The notes below the pieces were generated by a model. It searched no databases and was not told the origin of the DNA. It saw only the letters and a list, made by a program, of their open reading frames with translations. From a virus (lineage: Duplodnaviria; Caudoviricetes), in the IMG/VR virus record IMGVR_UViG_3300048576_000547, positions 1-54,102 of that record: a stretch of 54,102 nt of DNA; one strand, 5' to 3'. The position numbers and the translations under genes are program-made. Within the stretch, counting starts at the first letter, position 1; each line of letters begins with the position of its first letter. Below are positions 1 to 9,343 of this stretch, one piece after another.

Positions 1-462
1 ATGGTTAATGACGATCCGGTGGTCGTGCGCCTGTACTTTCGTTGGCACGAGGTTTTAGGGCTGTATGACGAACTAAATAATGCAACGGAGGCCCACACCG
101 TTATTGGCGAAAAGACGGACGAAAAAGGGTTCTGGCTATTTGGTAATGCCCCATGCTTTCTTACCACGAATACGATTGATGAGGCTCACAAGGACGCTGA
201 GCGAAAATCCGTGAATGCCAGCGATTACGATCCCGTTCAAAGAATTGATGATATCGCTTATTGGGAAAATCCCTTGCACCCGATCATGGGAGACGACAGT
301 CCCGTTTTTATAGACGCCCGCGCGCTATTGAAGACTGCCCAGAATCCCCCTGAACCGGACGTGCAACCAAAATATCTCTGTGTCGATATACGGAGAAGAT
401 CGGTCTATCCTTGGCTTATGTTTTCGGAGAAAGAAGGCAAGGTCATCTACCTCAAGCCATAG
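1..462 (+). CDS. Hypothetical protein, probably left flank gene
   Basis: 153-aa ORF converging on the integrase operon; no motif recognised. Confidence 0.5.
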   Translation: MVNDDPVVVRLYFRWHEVLGLYDELNNATEAHTVIGEKTDEKGFWLFGNAPCFLTTNTIDEAHKDAERKSVNASDYDPVQRIDDIAYWENPLHPIMGDDSPVFIDARALLKTAQNPPEPDVQPKYLCVDIRRRSVYPWLMFSEKEGKVIYLKP

Positions 463-838
463 CAATCTTTTGAGCCTGCTCGTTCCAATCCAAGGCCGTC
501 AAATTGTACAGATGCTGCAGGGTCAGATAACGCGGCTGGGTGTTTTCAAGGATGGCTTCGACGACGGTGGGCGCAAGAAATGTGAGCGAAAGTTGCCGCA
601 GCACATAGGCATCATCCTGCCGGTTTTTGCGGGCGAAGTCCGTGATGCTGTCGTATGTGCCACTTTCAATCTCTTGCCGCCAAAGATGCGCTCTTACGAG
701 AGCTTTTTGCATCGTTTGTAATTGCGGCGTTGTGCCCGATGCAGGCGTTGTCGCTCCATTGGGGGCGACAAGATATTTTCGCCCCGCGCGGCGTTTCGGT
801 TTAAGCGGCAGGAGAATAACAATCGTGTCCGTGTTCAT
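452..838 (-). CDS. Conserved small HTH-like protein downstream of serine recombinase
   Basis: Overlaps the integrase 3' end. KALVRAHLWRQEIESG-YDSITDFAR...YVLRQLSLTFLAP resembles the accessory ORF of DUF2924-recombinase loci. Confidence 0.75.
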   Translation of the reverse strand: MNTDTIVILLPLKPKRRAGRKYLVAPNGATTPASGTTPQLQTMQKALVRAHLWRQEIESGTYDSITDFARKNRQDDAYVLRQLSLTFLAPTVVEAILENTQPRYLTLQHLYNLTALDWNEQAQKIAMA

Positions 839-2186
839 TTTGCTGCGCTTCCGTGACCCATTGAGCCAGAATGTTTTTCTTAAGGTGTAATTTTACGCCA
901 TCCTCGGTAACTTCGATCCGTTCGAGGATTTGCATGAGCAGCTTGCGTTGCTCCGGAATAAAGAGTTCTTCCCAAAGAGCATCGAAACTCTGGAGTTCCT
1001 TGCGCACAAGGCGTTCGCGGTCGACCTTTGTAACTGTGGGTTTCCCTTTGTCCCTTTCGCTCATGCACTGAGCGATCATCGCTATCAATTCAGGCGTTTT
1101 GAAAGCGGCTTTAATTTGATAGAGAACCGCGCTTTCCAGCTCTTGGGCAGGAAGCGAGCGAATGGAACAGGCTTCGCGTCCGTTTCTGAGCGACTTGACG
1201 CAAACATAATAGCGATAGGAAACGCCGCGCGCGCGAATGCTCGTGCAGGATGGCGTCATGGCCGAGCCGCAGCACCCGCACCACACAAGGCCGCGTAGAA
1301 GCGCTGGTTGGCGCACACGGCTTGCATTGCCCCGTTTTTGGGGTGCTTGGGCGAGAATTTTGTGCGCGGCGTCCCAAAGCGGCTGATCAACGATGGCTGA
1401 GTGCTCGCCGGGATAAGATTTCCCTTTGTGGACGGCTTCGCCCAGATACACCCGATTGTGCAGGATCCGATAAATATACTGTTTGTCGAGAGGCTTCCCT
1501 TCGTGGCGACGACCGCCTTGTGTTGTCCACGCCTTCTTTGTGTAACCAACGGCGTTAAGTTGCCGGATGATCCCGACGCAGGATTCCGTCTGCGTGAATG
1601 ACTCAAAAATCTCCCGCACAAGCGGGGCTTCCATAGGATTGATCACCAACTTGCGGCTGACCACATCATAACCCAACGGAGGGCAACCACCCATCCACAT
1701 GCCTTTGCGGCGGCTTGCAGCGAATTTGTCGCGGATGCGTTCGCTGATAACTTCACGCTCGAATTGTGCGAAGGACAGAAGGATGTTGAGTATCAGCCTT
1801 CCCATCGACGTTGTGGTGTTAAAAGACTGCGTGATGCTGACGAAGGTCACCTTGTGGCGGTCGAACACTTCGACCATCTTCACGAAGTCCATAAGAGAGC
1901 GCGACAAGCGGTCGATTTTGTAAACGACCACGATATCGATCATGCCGCGTTCGATGTCTTCCATCAATTTTTTGAGGGCTGGGCGCTCCAGTGTGCCACC
2001 CGAAAAGCCACCATCGTCATAACTGGCAGGCAAGGCCGTCCAGCCTTCAGCCTTTTGGCTCAAGACATAGGCCTCGCACGCCTCGCGCTGGGCGTCGAGG
2101 CTGTTGAATTCCATGTCGAGGCCTTCTTCCGAAGACTTGCGTGTGTAAATCGCGCAGCGGACGCGAGGCTTTACGACATCCTTCAT
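801..2186 (-). CDS. Large serine recombinase (integrase)
   Basis: YTRKSS catalytic Ser motif, DRLSR, recombinase domain (PPLGYD...YLG), zinc ribbon CGCCG...YYVC...C. Confidence 0.95.
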   Translation of the reverse strand: MKDVVKPRVRCAIYTRKSSEEGLDMEFNSLDAQREACEAYVLSQKAEGWTALPASYDDGGFSGGTLERPALKKLMEDIERGMIDIVVVYKIDRLSRSLMDFVKMVEVFDRHKVTFVSITQSFNTTTSMGRLILNILLSFAQFEREVISERIRDKFAASRRKGMWMGGCPPLGYDVVSRKLVINPMEAPLVREIFESFTQTESCVGIIRQLNAVGYTKKAWTTQGGRRHEGKPLDKQYIYRILHNRVYLGEAVHKGKSYPGEHSAIVDQPLWDAAHKILAQAPQKRGNASRVRQPALLRGLVWCGCCGSAMTPSCTSIRARGVSYRYYVCVKSLRNGREACSIRSLPAQELESAVLYQIKAAFKTPELIAMIAQCMSERDKGKPTVTKVDRERLVRKELQSFDALWEELFIPEQRKLLMQILERIEVTEDGVKLHLKKNILAQWVTEAQQNEHGHDCYSPAA

Positions 2187-2644
2187 GCCGCTGTCTCCTT
2201 GGAGCTACAGCCCCCACGTTCTTGCCGCAGGCCAAAGAATACGGGGCCGTTCCAATGCGTGCCGGTAATGTCGCGAGCGATGGCTGTGAGCGAATTCCAT
2301 TTGCGTCCGGCATATTCAAATCCGTTTCCAAGAACGATTGCCTCGTATCGTTCTCCCCGCCATTCGCGCACAAGGCGCGTTCCAGCGACAGGGATCTTTG
2401 CTGGAGCCACACGTCTTTTTGTTTTTGCTCCTTTGGCTTCGGCAAGAAGGTCGTTCAAGCGATTTTCAGCTTTGTTGGATAATCCGCCGTAGGTCAGTTC
2501 CTGAATGCGATAGGCCAAAGCATGAGCCATAAAGCCACGTCTGTAGGGCGGCGGCTCGGCCTGATAGTAATCCCGCCAAAGCTGTTTGAGTTCGGCGAAA
2601 CTCTTATCCTGTAGTTCCTTGATCTGGCGCATAATAGGCGTCAT
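2183..2644 (-). CDS. DUF2924 family protein
   Basis: LAYRIQELTYGGL, GTRLVREWRG, SLTAIARDITGTHWNGPVFFGL; ATGA-coupled to the integrase. Confidence 0.9.
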   Translation of the reverse strand: MTPIMRQIKELQDKSFAELKQLWRDYYQAEPPPYRRGFMAHALAYRIQELTYGGLSNKAENRLNDLLAEAKGAKTKRRVAPAKIPVAGTRLVREWRGERYEAIVLGNGFEYAGRKWNSLTAIARDITGTHWNGPVFFGLRQERGGCSSKETAA

Positions 2645-2832
2645 TGCATGCTCTCTCTAGGCGTTTTCTTTTCGCCCACACACACGCTTCCTTCCGTAGA
2701 GAAGTCCAGTTCTTCAGCGCAGTATTTTCCATTTTCTCTCGCTATTTTGCGCAGAATAGCCACGGCTAACAAATCGGCGACAACGTAGAGAGGTTTCTTT
2801 TTCGATGAAGTATCCATGGGCGGACGCGACAC
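2641..2832 (-). CDS. Small hypothetical protein upstream of DUF2924
   Basis: 63-aa ORF whose stop overlaps the DUF2924 start. It contains the TGGA-N16-AGCG DNA motif, so it may be partly regulatory. Confidence 0.4.
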   Translation of the reverse strand: MSRPPMDTSSKKKPLYVVADLLAVAILRKIARENGKYCAEELDFSTEGSVCVGEKKTPRESMQ

Positions 2833-2921
2833 GCATCAAAGCCCAGTCCAGATTGTCTTCCACCAGCGCCATTGTTGGCGCAGGGTGCGGGAGATGCCAC
2901 GTTTGATGCGCTCGAACAGGT

Positions 2922-3152
2922 TCATGCCTGCCTCGCGACGCGTTCGGATGGATGCGGCGCGCGCATGGCCAACGCGATAAAGGCATCGAGGTGCGCGTCA
3001 TGGGCGCGCGCGATGGCTTTGTGGTAAGTGTCGACCGCCAGTTCGGCAACTTCAAGGGCTTCGTCTGTGCGGCCTTGGCGCACGAGGTTCAGAGTCTCGC
3101 GCACGCAGCGGTGCGCCATGTCCATGTAAAGCTGGGAAACGACGGGGATCAT
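2922..3152 (-). CDS. Hypothetical phage protein
   Basis: 76 aa; AAGGAG RBS upstream; first gene after the leftward promoter. Confidence 0.6.
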   Translation of the reverse strand: MIPVVSQLYMDMAHRCVRETLNLVRQGRTDEALEVAELAVDTYHKAIARAHDAHLDAFIALAMRAPHPSERVARQA

Positions 3153-3202
3153 AGCAATTCTCCTTGGGAAAAATGGGGCGGTATAGGCCGCCTAATCCCA
3201 AG

Positions 3203-3260
3203 AACCTATCCAAATAGGCATGGTCTGTCAATAAAAAGCGGAAACCAATCCTTTTTGGAT
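3203..3260 (-). promoter_or_regulatory. Leftward sigma70-type promoter overlapped by ATCC-N5-GG(A/C) operators
   Basis: Minus-strand TTGACA (3226-3231), 17 bp, TAGGTT (3203-3208); operators ATCCAAATAGGCA 3208-3220 and ATCCTTTTTGGAT 3248-3260. Confidence 0.6.
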
Positions 3261-3267
3261 AGGCTTA

Positions 3268-3924
3268 TTATGCCCTCAATGCCGGTTTTCTTACCTCTGG
3301 GCCGTCTTCCTCGTCATCGGCATCAATCGCAGGAAGAGCCGCCCAGAGCATTTCAAAGGTTTGTTTCAGACCTTTCGCCAGCATGGGGGAGCGTGCCAAC
3401 AGAAGGCGGTCAGGGCCGATCATCTGCGCGACCGTCGATCCATAAACGATCTGAAGTGGAAGCGGCGTGAAATTCGCAGGAGCGACGCGTACCGGCGATT
3501 CGGCATCCTGCTTGTGGCAGATGGCGCGATAGGCAAATCCGGCATCACGTAGCGCTGAGCAATAGCCGATGAGTTCGGGAGAAAACAGACATGGCGTGTT
3601 GCCGCACAAAAACAAGGCTTCTGCGCCTTCCTGCCCGCGCAAATGTGTGTGTATGTCCTCGAACATGTGGGCGATTGCGCTTTCACCATCCAAGATCAAA
3701 TGATCTTTTTCCCGCAACGCAACACCACGCCCACCGATGAATTCGACTTTTTCTCCGAGGTAGGACAGCAGAGCGGTTTCCGTCTTTTGTTGCAGCTTGT
3801 TTATGCCCCCCAGCTCAAACTGACGGATCGACGTGAGGGCAGCGCCGGATTCCTTCGCAAGATCGTCTTGCGAGATATTCAGGAGCGCACGAGCGGCGCG
3901 GAGTTGGTCAGGGGTGAGTGCCAT
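3268..3924 (-). CDS. XRE-family HTH regulator with C-terminal domain
   Basis: N-terminal TPDQLRAARALLNISQDDLAKESG...IRQFELG HTH. Confidence 0.85.
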   Translation of the reverse strand: MALTPDQLRAARALLNISQDDLAKESGAALTSIRQFELGGINKLQQKTETALLSYLGEKVEFIGGRGVALREKDHLILDGESAIAHMFEDIHTHLRGQEGAEALFLCGNTPCLFSPELIGYCSALRDAGFAYRAICHKQDAESPVRVAPANFTPLPLQIVYGSTVAQMIGPDRLLLARSPMLAKGLKQTFEMLWAALPAIDADDEEDGPEVRKPALRA

Positions 3925-4072
3925 GTTATGCTTTCCGTATCATTAATGCTCAATTTCCGCATTATTCATGCCGAAAGTCAAGATTTTTGTTGATTTTTTC
4001 GTTAATTTCTGGCATCTTTCAACCCATGCTTGCAACATTTTGGTAGAGATCATTCTTCGGCGGAAGATTTTT

Positions 4073-4369
4073 ATGAGCAATTCCAATGTAATAGTGTCCC
4101 TCATTTTCGAGGAAATGGCGGACGAAGAAAACCTGTTTACCCCCGGCCAACAAGGCTTCATCGCGGGATTGTATCGGCAGATTGATGACGATCAGGTAAA
4201 GATTTTAGAGGGCATTATCCTCTCCCGCGCGGAGCGGCTCCAATGCAGCTCTCTGCTTTTGCGCATGGCTTTTGTCAATTTTTATCAGATTGATGAATTG
4301 AAAGAATTGCCTCGTGATCATTTCAAAGAGGCTATTATGTACCTGACGCATTTCAAGGGCGTGAATTGA
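4073..4369 (+). CDS. Hypothetical protein, ORF6C/antirepressor-C-terminal-like
   Basis: C-terminal FYQIDELKELPRDHFKEAIMYL resembles ORF6C-type domains; start placed at ATG 4073. Confidence 0.5.
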   Translation: MSNSNVIVSLIFEEMADEENLFTPGQQGFIAGLYRQIDDDQVKILEGIILSRAERLQCSSLLLRMAFVNFYQIDELKELPRDHFKEAIMYLTHFKGVN

Positions 4370-4372
4370 AGC

Positions 4373-4789
4373 CTAGTCGACAACGCAGGTGAGCATGTCG
4401 TCCACCTTTTCCTTGATTTCCGCATTCTTCTGTTTGTCGCTTGTTTTGCGGCATTTTTTGTAGGTTTTGCACACGACCTTGGCCAGAACCGCTGGATCGA
4501 CGTCATGCCCCGTGCAGCGCGCTTGGGCGTAGGTGAGGATTTCGCGCAAGAGCGCTTCGTCGACATCAGCATCCATCGCTTTTATGTCCTGCGCGTCGAT
4601 CTCATCGATCAAAGCGGACACGCGAACCTTATAAAATTTGGCCAGTTTTTCGAGCCAAGACAGGCTGATGTTGCGCGTTCCCTTCTCGAAACGCTGAATC
4701 GTCTGCGCCGTAACCTTGTGCGCCGCTGCGACTTCCTCTTGGGTAAAGCCCGCTTGTTCTCTTATGATTTTCAATCTGTTCATTCTCAT
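4373..4789 (-). CDS. CI-like repressor (XRE HTH, no S24 autocleavage domain)
   Basis: NRLKIIREQAGFTQEEVA...TIQRFEKGTRNISL HTH; divergent from the Cro-like gene. Confidence 0.85.
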   Translation of the reverse strand: MRMNRLKIIREQAGFTQEEVAAAHKVTAQTIQRFEKGTRNISLSWLEKLAKFYKVRVSALIDEIDAQDIKAMDADVDEALLREILTYAQARCTGHDVDPAVLAKVVCKTYKKCRKTSDKQKNAEIKEKVDDMLTCVVD

Positions 4790-4795
4790 CACCCC

Positions 4796-4905
4796 ATCCA
4801 ATTTGGATGCACCATCATATCCGAATTGGATGGTTAACGCAAATAGTTTCATAAAACCATCCTAATAGGCCTTTTTAATCTTGATTTAACCTATCCAAAT
4901 GGGAT
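4796..4905. promoter_or_regulatory. Immunity operator cluster, palindrome ATCC-N5-GGAT
   Basis: ATCCAATTTGGAT 4796-4808, ATCCGAATTGGAT 4819-4831, ATCCTAATAGGCC 4859-4871 (degenerate), ATCCAAATGGGAT 4893-4905. Confidence 0.8.
4875..4890 (+). promoter_or_regulatory. CtrA binding box in the cI/cro intergenic region
   Basis: TTAA-TCTTGAT-TTAAC is an exact TTAA-N7-TTAAC consensus and overlaps a TTGATT -35-like hexamer. Confidence 0.6.
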
Positions 4906-4919
4906 ATGTGATTATCATC

Positions 4920-5132
4920 ATGAAACTGGCCGATTACCTCATAGCGAAAAAACTCTCTTACGCGGCATTTGCGCGGATGCTTGGCATGGACAGCACAAGC
5001 GCCGCCCTGAATGTCGCTCGATACGCCAAAGGCGAGCGCCGCCCGCGCCCCGTCATCGCCGACAAAATCGTCGCCGTCACCAAAGGGCGCGTGAAGCACA
5101 AAGACCTCTACAGCATCGGAGCAGTCGAATGA
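4920..5132 (+). CDS. Cro-like HTH protein
   Basis: MKLADYL...SYAAFARMLG...VARYAKGERRP...IVAVTKGRVKHKDL; first gene of the rightward early operon. Confidence 0.85.
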   Translation: MKLADYLIAKKLSYAAFARMLGMDSTSAALNVARYAKGERRPRPVIADKIVAVTKGRVKHKDLYSIGAVE

Positions 5133-5617
5133 CCCTGATCGTCGGCATCGATCCCGGTCTGTCCGGCGCTTTGGCTTTTCTCTTCGGCGAAGAGATGGAC
5201 GTATGCCCCATGCCGACGCTCACGATCACGAAGGCCAAGGGGCATCGTCGCGTTCTTGATCTGACGGCTCTCGCCAACATTCTCGATGACAAAACAAAAA
5301 ATGCCGCGCGAGTGAGCGTGTTTATCGAGCGCGTCTCCGCCATGCCAAAACAGGGCGTGGCCAGCATGTTTTCTTTTGGCGAAAGTTATGGCGCGATCAA
5401 GGGCATCGTGGCCGCCAACTTTCTGCCCATGACGCTCGTCACGCCGGTGACGTGGAAGGCGAAGCTCAAAGTCTCCCGCAATAAAGACGACGCCCGCTAC
5501 CGCGCCAGCCAACTCATGCCGCGTTTCGCACATTTCTGGGCACGTCGCAGCGACGACGGCATGGCCGAGGCGGCGCTCATCGCATTTTACGGACAGAATT
5601 TTGGAGGCGTACAATGA
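5129..5617 (+). CDS. RuvC-like (MOC1-type) Holliday junction resolvase
   Basis: IVGIDPGLSGA, VFIER, SMFSFGESYG, VTPVTWK, DDGMAEAALIA acidic catalytic motifs. Confidence 0.85.
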   Translation: MTLIVGIDPGLSGALAFLFGEEMDVCPMPTLTITKAKGHRRVLDLTALANILDDKTKNAARVSVFIERVSAMPKQGVASMFSFGESYGAIKGIVAANFLPMTLVTPVTWKAKLKVSRNKDDARYRASQLMPRFAHFWARRSDDGMAEAALIAFYGQNFGGVQ

Positions 5618-6087
5618 TCCTTCGTAATTTTCATCCCGCCGCGCTTGATGAGATGGATATTCCGTCTATTGCCGCCTTGGCAACGCCGGAACTGGCCGAC
5701 CTGATCGATTTGCTCGACAAGGACGCGACGCTCCTCAAATTGCGCAAGGACAAACTCGCCTGTGCCCTGAACCGCAAATACGGCGATGATGCTCACAAGG
5801 CGCGTCTTGATGCCGGAAAAGATACCGGTGTCGTGCATTTGGAAGATTGCGGTTTTGATGTCGCCGCCGATGTCAGCAAGACCGTCAAGTGGGATCAGGC
5901 CAAGTTGATCGCGGCTTTGGATTCTCTGCCGACCGAAACGGCCAAGCATTATGCCAAGGCCGAATTCAAAGTGGACGAGCGTAAATACGCTGCGGCCCCT
6001 CCCGACATCCAGAAGATTCTTGCTCCCGCGCGCGCCGTTGTGCCGGGACGGGAAACCTACACCCTCAAACAAAAAACGAAGGAGTAA
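5614..6087 (+). CDS. Conserved phage replication-region protein
   Basis: ATGA coupling; GKDTGVVH...KTVKWDQAKL...VDERKYAA pattern typical upstream of the AAA ATPase. Confidence 0.8.
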   Translation: MILRNFHPAALDEMDIPSIAALATPELADLIDLLDKDATLLKLRKDKLACALNRKYGDDAHKARLDAGKDTGVVHLEDCGFDVAADVSKTVKWDQAKLIAALDSLPTETAKHYAKAEFKVDERKYAAAPPDIQKILAPARAVVPGRETYTLKQKTKE

Positions 6088-6088
6088 T

Positions 6089-6979
6089 ATGACCGGATTT
6101 AAACTCATCACGGCCGATCAGCGTCTTGCCGAAAAACGCGGCATCAAGGGCCACATCAATGGGCGCTATAAAATCGGCAAAACAAGTTTGCTCTGGACGC
6201 TCGACGCCCCGAGCACGCTCTTCATCGATCTTGAGGCAGGCGATCTGGCCGTCGAAGGCTGGGGTGGCGACACAATCCGCCCGCGCACATGGCAGGAGTG
6301 CCGCGATTTCGCGGCCTATATCGGTGGCCCCAATCCGGCGCTGCGCGACAACCAGCCCTATAGTCAGGCGCATTACGATCATGTGTGCAGCGAATTCGGT
6401 GACGCGGCTGTGCTCGACAAATACGAAACGATCTTCATAGATAGCATCACCGTCGCATCGCGTCTGTGTTTTCAATGGTGCACAGGCCAGCCCGAAGCCA
6501 TCAGCGAGAAGACGGGCAAGCCAGACACGCGCGGCGCTTATGGCCTTCTTGGCCGCGAGATGATCGGCTGGCTCACGCACTTGCAGCACACGCGCGGCAA
6601 AAACGTCTGGTTCGTCGGGATCCTCGATGAAAAGACGGACGACTTCAACCGCCGGGTTTACACGCCGCAGATTGAAGGCAGCAAAACCGGCCTCGAACTG
6701 CCGGGCATTGTCGATCAAGTCGTCACAATGGCCGAGATCAAGGCAGACGACGGATCCGCCTATCGCGCATTTGTTTGCCAAGCCCTGAACCCGTGGGGCT
6801 ATCCGGCGGGCGACCGCAGCGGACGCCTCGCCATGATCGAGGAGCCGCATCTTGGGCGGCTCATGGACAAAATCAGGCAACCCCTCACAAAGACGGCATC
6901 GGAACGGCTGGAGTTTTGCAGGCCACAGCCGACCGATGCCGAAACCCCCGCAAATGTCGTTCAACAAACACAGGAGTAA
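6089..6979 (+). CDS. AAA_24/Sak4-like ATP-binding recombination protein
   Basis: Walker A GRYKIGKT, Walker B IFIDSIT, ELPGIVDQV, DRSGRL; GGAG RBS before ATG 6089. Confidence 0.88.
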   Translation: MTGFKLITADQRLAEKRGIKGHINGRYKIGKTSLLWTLDAPSTLFIDLEAGDLAVEGWGGDTIRPRTWQECRDFAAYIGGPNPALRDNQPYSQAHYDHVCSEFGDAAVLDKYETIFIDSITVASRLCFQWCTGQPEAISEKTGKPDTRGAYGLLGREMIGWLTHLQHTRGKNVWFVGILDEKTDDFNRRVYTPQIEGSKTGLELPGIVDQVVTMAEIKADDGSAYRAFVCQALNPWGYPAGDRSGRLAMIEEPHLGRLMDKIRQPLTKTASERLEFCRPQPTDAETPANVVQQTQE

Positions 6980-6985
6980 AAACAC

Positions 6986-7615
6986 ATGTACCAGAACCAA
7001 GGGATGGATTTCAACGATGCCGGTCAACAGCAGGTCGGCGAGCTTATTCCGGCAGGCACAATCGCCAAGGTGGTTATTACCATTCGTCCCGGCAGCGCGA
7101 GCCAAGGCGGCTGGCTGACGCGCAGCAACACGAGCGACGTGGAATATCTCAATTGCGAGTTCACGGTTCTCGAAGGCCCGTTCGCCAAACGCAAGTTCTG
7201 GCAGAACATGACCGTTTCAGGCGGCAAGGTCGACGAGCGCGGCCAATCCAAAGCGTGGGGTATCACAAAAGCAGCCCTGCGCGCCATGCTGGATAGCGCC
7301 TTCGGTCTTGATCCGGACGACGACAGCCCTGCCTCGAAGCAGAAGCGCATCACTCAGGATTGGGGCGCGTTCAACGGTCTGCAGTTCGTCGCCAAAATCG
7401 GCATTGAAAAAGGCAAGGACAATTACGCCGACAAAAATCGCCTGCAATATGTTCTGACGCGCAAGAACCCCGAATATGCTGGAGTCATGTTCGGCGCACA
7501 AACGGGTTACGCGCAGCAGCCGCAGCAGCAAATGCCAACGCAGTCACAGCCTCAGCAACAGCCCCCTCAACAACAAGGAACGCCAAATAGCAACGTCCCG
7601 ACCTGGGCGCGCTGA
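6986..7615 (+). CDS. Phage ssDNA-binding protein (DUF669-like)
   Basis: YLNCEFTVLEGPFAKRKFW motif; Q/P-rich tail ending PTWAR; follows the Sak4-like ATPase. Confidence 0.75.
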   Translation: MYQNQGMDFNDAGQQQVGELIPAGTIAKVVITIRPGSASQGGWLTRSNTSDVEYLNCEFTVLEGPFAKRKFWQNMTVSGGKVDERGQSKAWGITKAALRAMLDSAFGLDPDDDSPASKQKRITQDWGAFNGLQFVAKIGIEKGKDNYADKNRLQYVLTRKNPEYAGVMFGAQTGYAQQPQQQMPTQSQPQQQPPQQQGTPNSNVPTWAR

Positions 7616-7651
7616 TCCTCGTTTCCATTTTTATTCGTTTGAGGGTGTCCG

Positions 7652-9343
7652 ATGCTCCTCCGGCCACGACAGAAGATCTTTGTCGAAAATTGCGTCGCTG
7701 CTCTAAAGGAGCGGCGCAATACGCTCGGCGTCGCCCCGACAGGTGCTGGCAAGACCATCATGCTGTCGGCGGCGACGGGCGACATCCTGCGCGAAACGGG
7801 CGGCAAGGCTGCGATCCTTGCCCACCGCGACGAACTTACCGCGCAAAACGTCATGAAGTTCGCGCGAGTAAACCCTGCCATCAGCACGTCTATCTTTGAC
7901 GCGAACAGCAAATCATGGCGTGGCCGCGCGACCTTCGCCATGGTTCCGACCTTGGCGCGTTCCGATAATATATCCTGTATGCCGCCGCTCGATCTTCTCG
8001 TGATCGACGAGGCGCATCACGCCGCAGCCGAGAGCTACCGCCGTATCATCAATGAAGCCAAAGAGAAAAACCCGGATGTTCTAATCTTTGGCCTGACCGC
8101 TACGCCCAATCGCGGCGACAAAAAGGCTCTGCGCCCCGTATTCGACAATGTCGGCGATCAGATCAGACTCACGGAGCTTGTCCAGTCCGGACATCTTGTG
8201 CCGCCGCGCACATTCGTAGTCGACGTGGGCGTGCAGGACGAGCTGCGGCAGGTGCGTAAGACCGCGATAGACTTCGACATGGCGGAAGTGGCGGCGATCA
8301 TGAACCGTCCCGTCGTGACGGATGCCGTCGTCAAGCATTGGCAAGAAAAGGCCGGTGATCGCAAGACCGTTGTTTTTTGTTCGACCGTTGAGCATGCGAC
8401 GAATGTGACGGAAACGTTTAACCGTTCCGGCATCGAAGCCGTGCTCGTGCACGGAGACATGGCTCATAGCGACCGCCGTCTCACGCTCGCCCGGTTTCAG
8501 CAAGGCAGCGCGCGTGTGATCGTCAATGTGGCCGTGTTGACGGAAGGCTGGGATTACCCGCCGACATCATGTGTCGTTCTGCTCCGCCCCAGCTCATACC
8601 GCTCGACCATGATCCAGATGATCGGACGTGGCCTACGCACCATCGATCCCAAGGAACATCCGGGCGTCATAAAAACAGACTGCATCGTGCTTGATTTTGG
8701 AACGTCCACGCTGATGCACGGGAGCCTCGAACAGGACGTCAATCTAGACGGCAAAACCGTTCAGGGCGAAGCGCCGACGAAAGAATGCCCAGAATGCGGC
8801 GCGACCGTTCCCTTGTCCGCGCAGGAATGCGCTTTATGCGGTTATGAATTCCCTGTCGGCAATCCGGTCGGCGAGATCGGCCTCGGCGGAGAGCAATTGC
8901 CGCTTGAAGATTTTGCCCTGACGGAAATCGATCTTCTGAAGCGTAGCAGCTTCCGTTGGATTGACCTGTTCGATGATGACGCGGCGCTGATGGCCTCCGG
9001 TTTCTCGGCATGGGCAGCGATCTTCTGGCTTGGCGGCTATTGGCACGCCGTTGGCGGGTTCGAGCGCGACGTTCAAATTCTCGGCACAGGCGAGCGCGTC
9101 GTCATGATGGCCGTGGCCGACGATTTTCTGAACGAGCGCGAGACAAGCGAAAGCGCCCACAAGACCCGCCGCTGGATGAACGAACCCGCCAGCGAAAAGC
9201 AACTCGCCTTGCTCGGCGAAACGGCGCGGATGGACTTCAGCATGACGAAGTATCGCGCGTCCTGCCTGCTTAATTTCCGCTTCAATAAAGGCCGCATTCG
9301 CCAACTGGTCGAACAAGCCGTCGGGCAAAGGGAGGCCGCGTAA
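7652..9343 (+). CDS. SF2 DEAD/DEAH-box helicase with zinc ribbon
   Basis: APTGAGKT, DEAHH, TATP, VLTEGWD, QMIGRGLR, CPECG...CALCG. Confidence 0.95.
   Translation: MLLRPRQKIFVENCVAALKERRNTLGVAPTGAGKTIMLSAATGDILRETGGKAAILAHRDELTAQNVMKFARVNPAISTSIFDANSKSWRGRATFAMVPTLARSDNISCMPPLDLLVIDEAHHAAAESYRRIINEAKEKNPDVLIFGLTATPNRGDKKALRPVFDNVGDQIRLTELVQSGHLVPPRTFVVDVGVQDELRQVRKTAIDFDMAEVAAIMNRPVVTDAVVKHWQEKAGDRKTVVFCSTVEHATNVTETFNRSGIEAVLVHGDMAHSDRRLTLARFQQGSARVIVNVAVLTEGWDYPPTSCVVLLRPSSYRSTMIQMIGRGLRTIDPKEHPGVIKTDCIVLDFGTSTLMHGSLEQDVNLDGKTVQGEAPTKECPECGATVPLSAQECALCGYEFPVGNPVGEIGLGGEQLPLEDFALTEIDLLKRSSFRWIDLFDDDAALMASGFSAWAAIFWLGGYWHAVGGFERDVQILGTGERVVMMAVADDFLNERETSESAHKTRRWMNEPASEKQLALLGETARMDFSMTKYRASCLLNFRFNKGRIRQLVEQAVGQREAA

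Noticed and set aside
7500-7600. CAG/CAA-rich repeat
   Set aside because: It encodes the ordinary Gln/Pro-rich disordered tail of the SSB-like protein; the portal C-terminus is similar.
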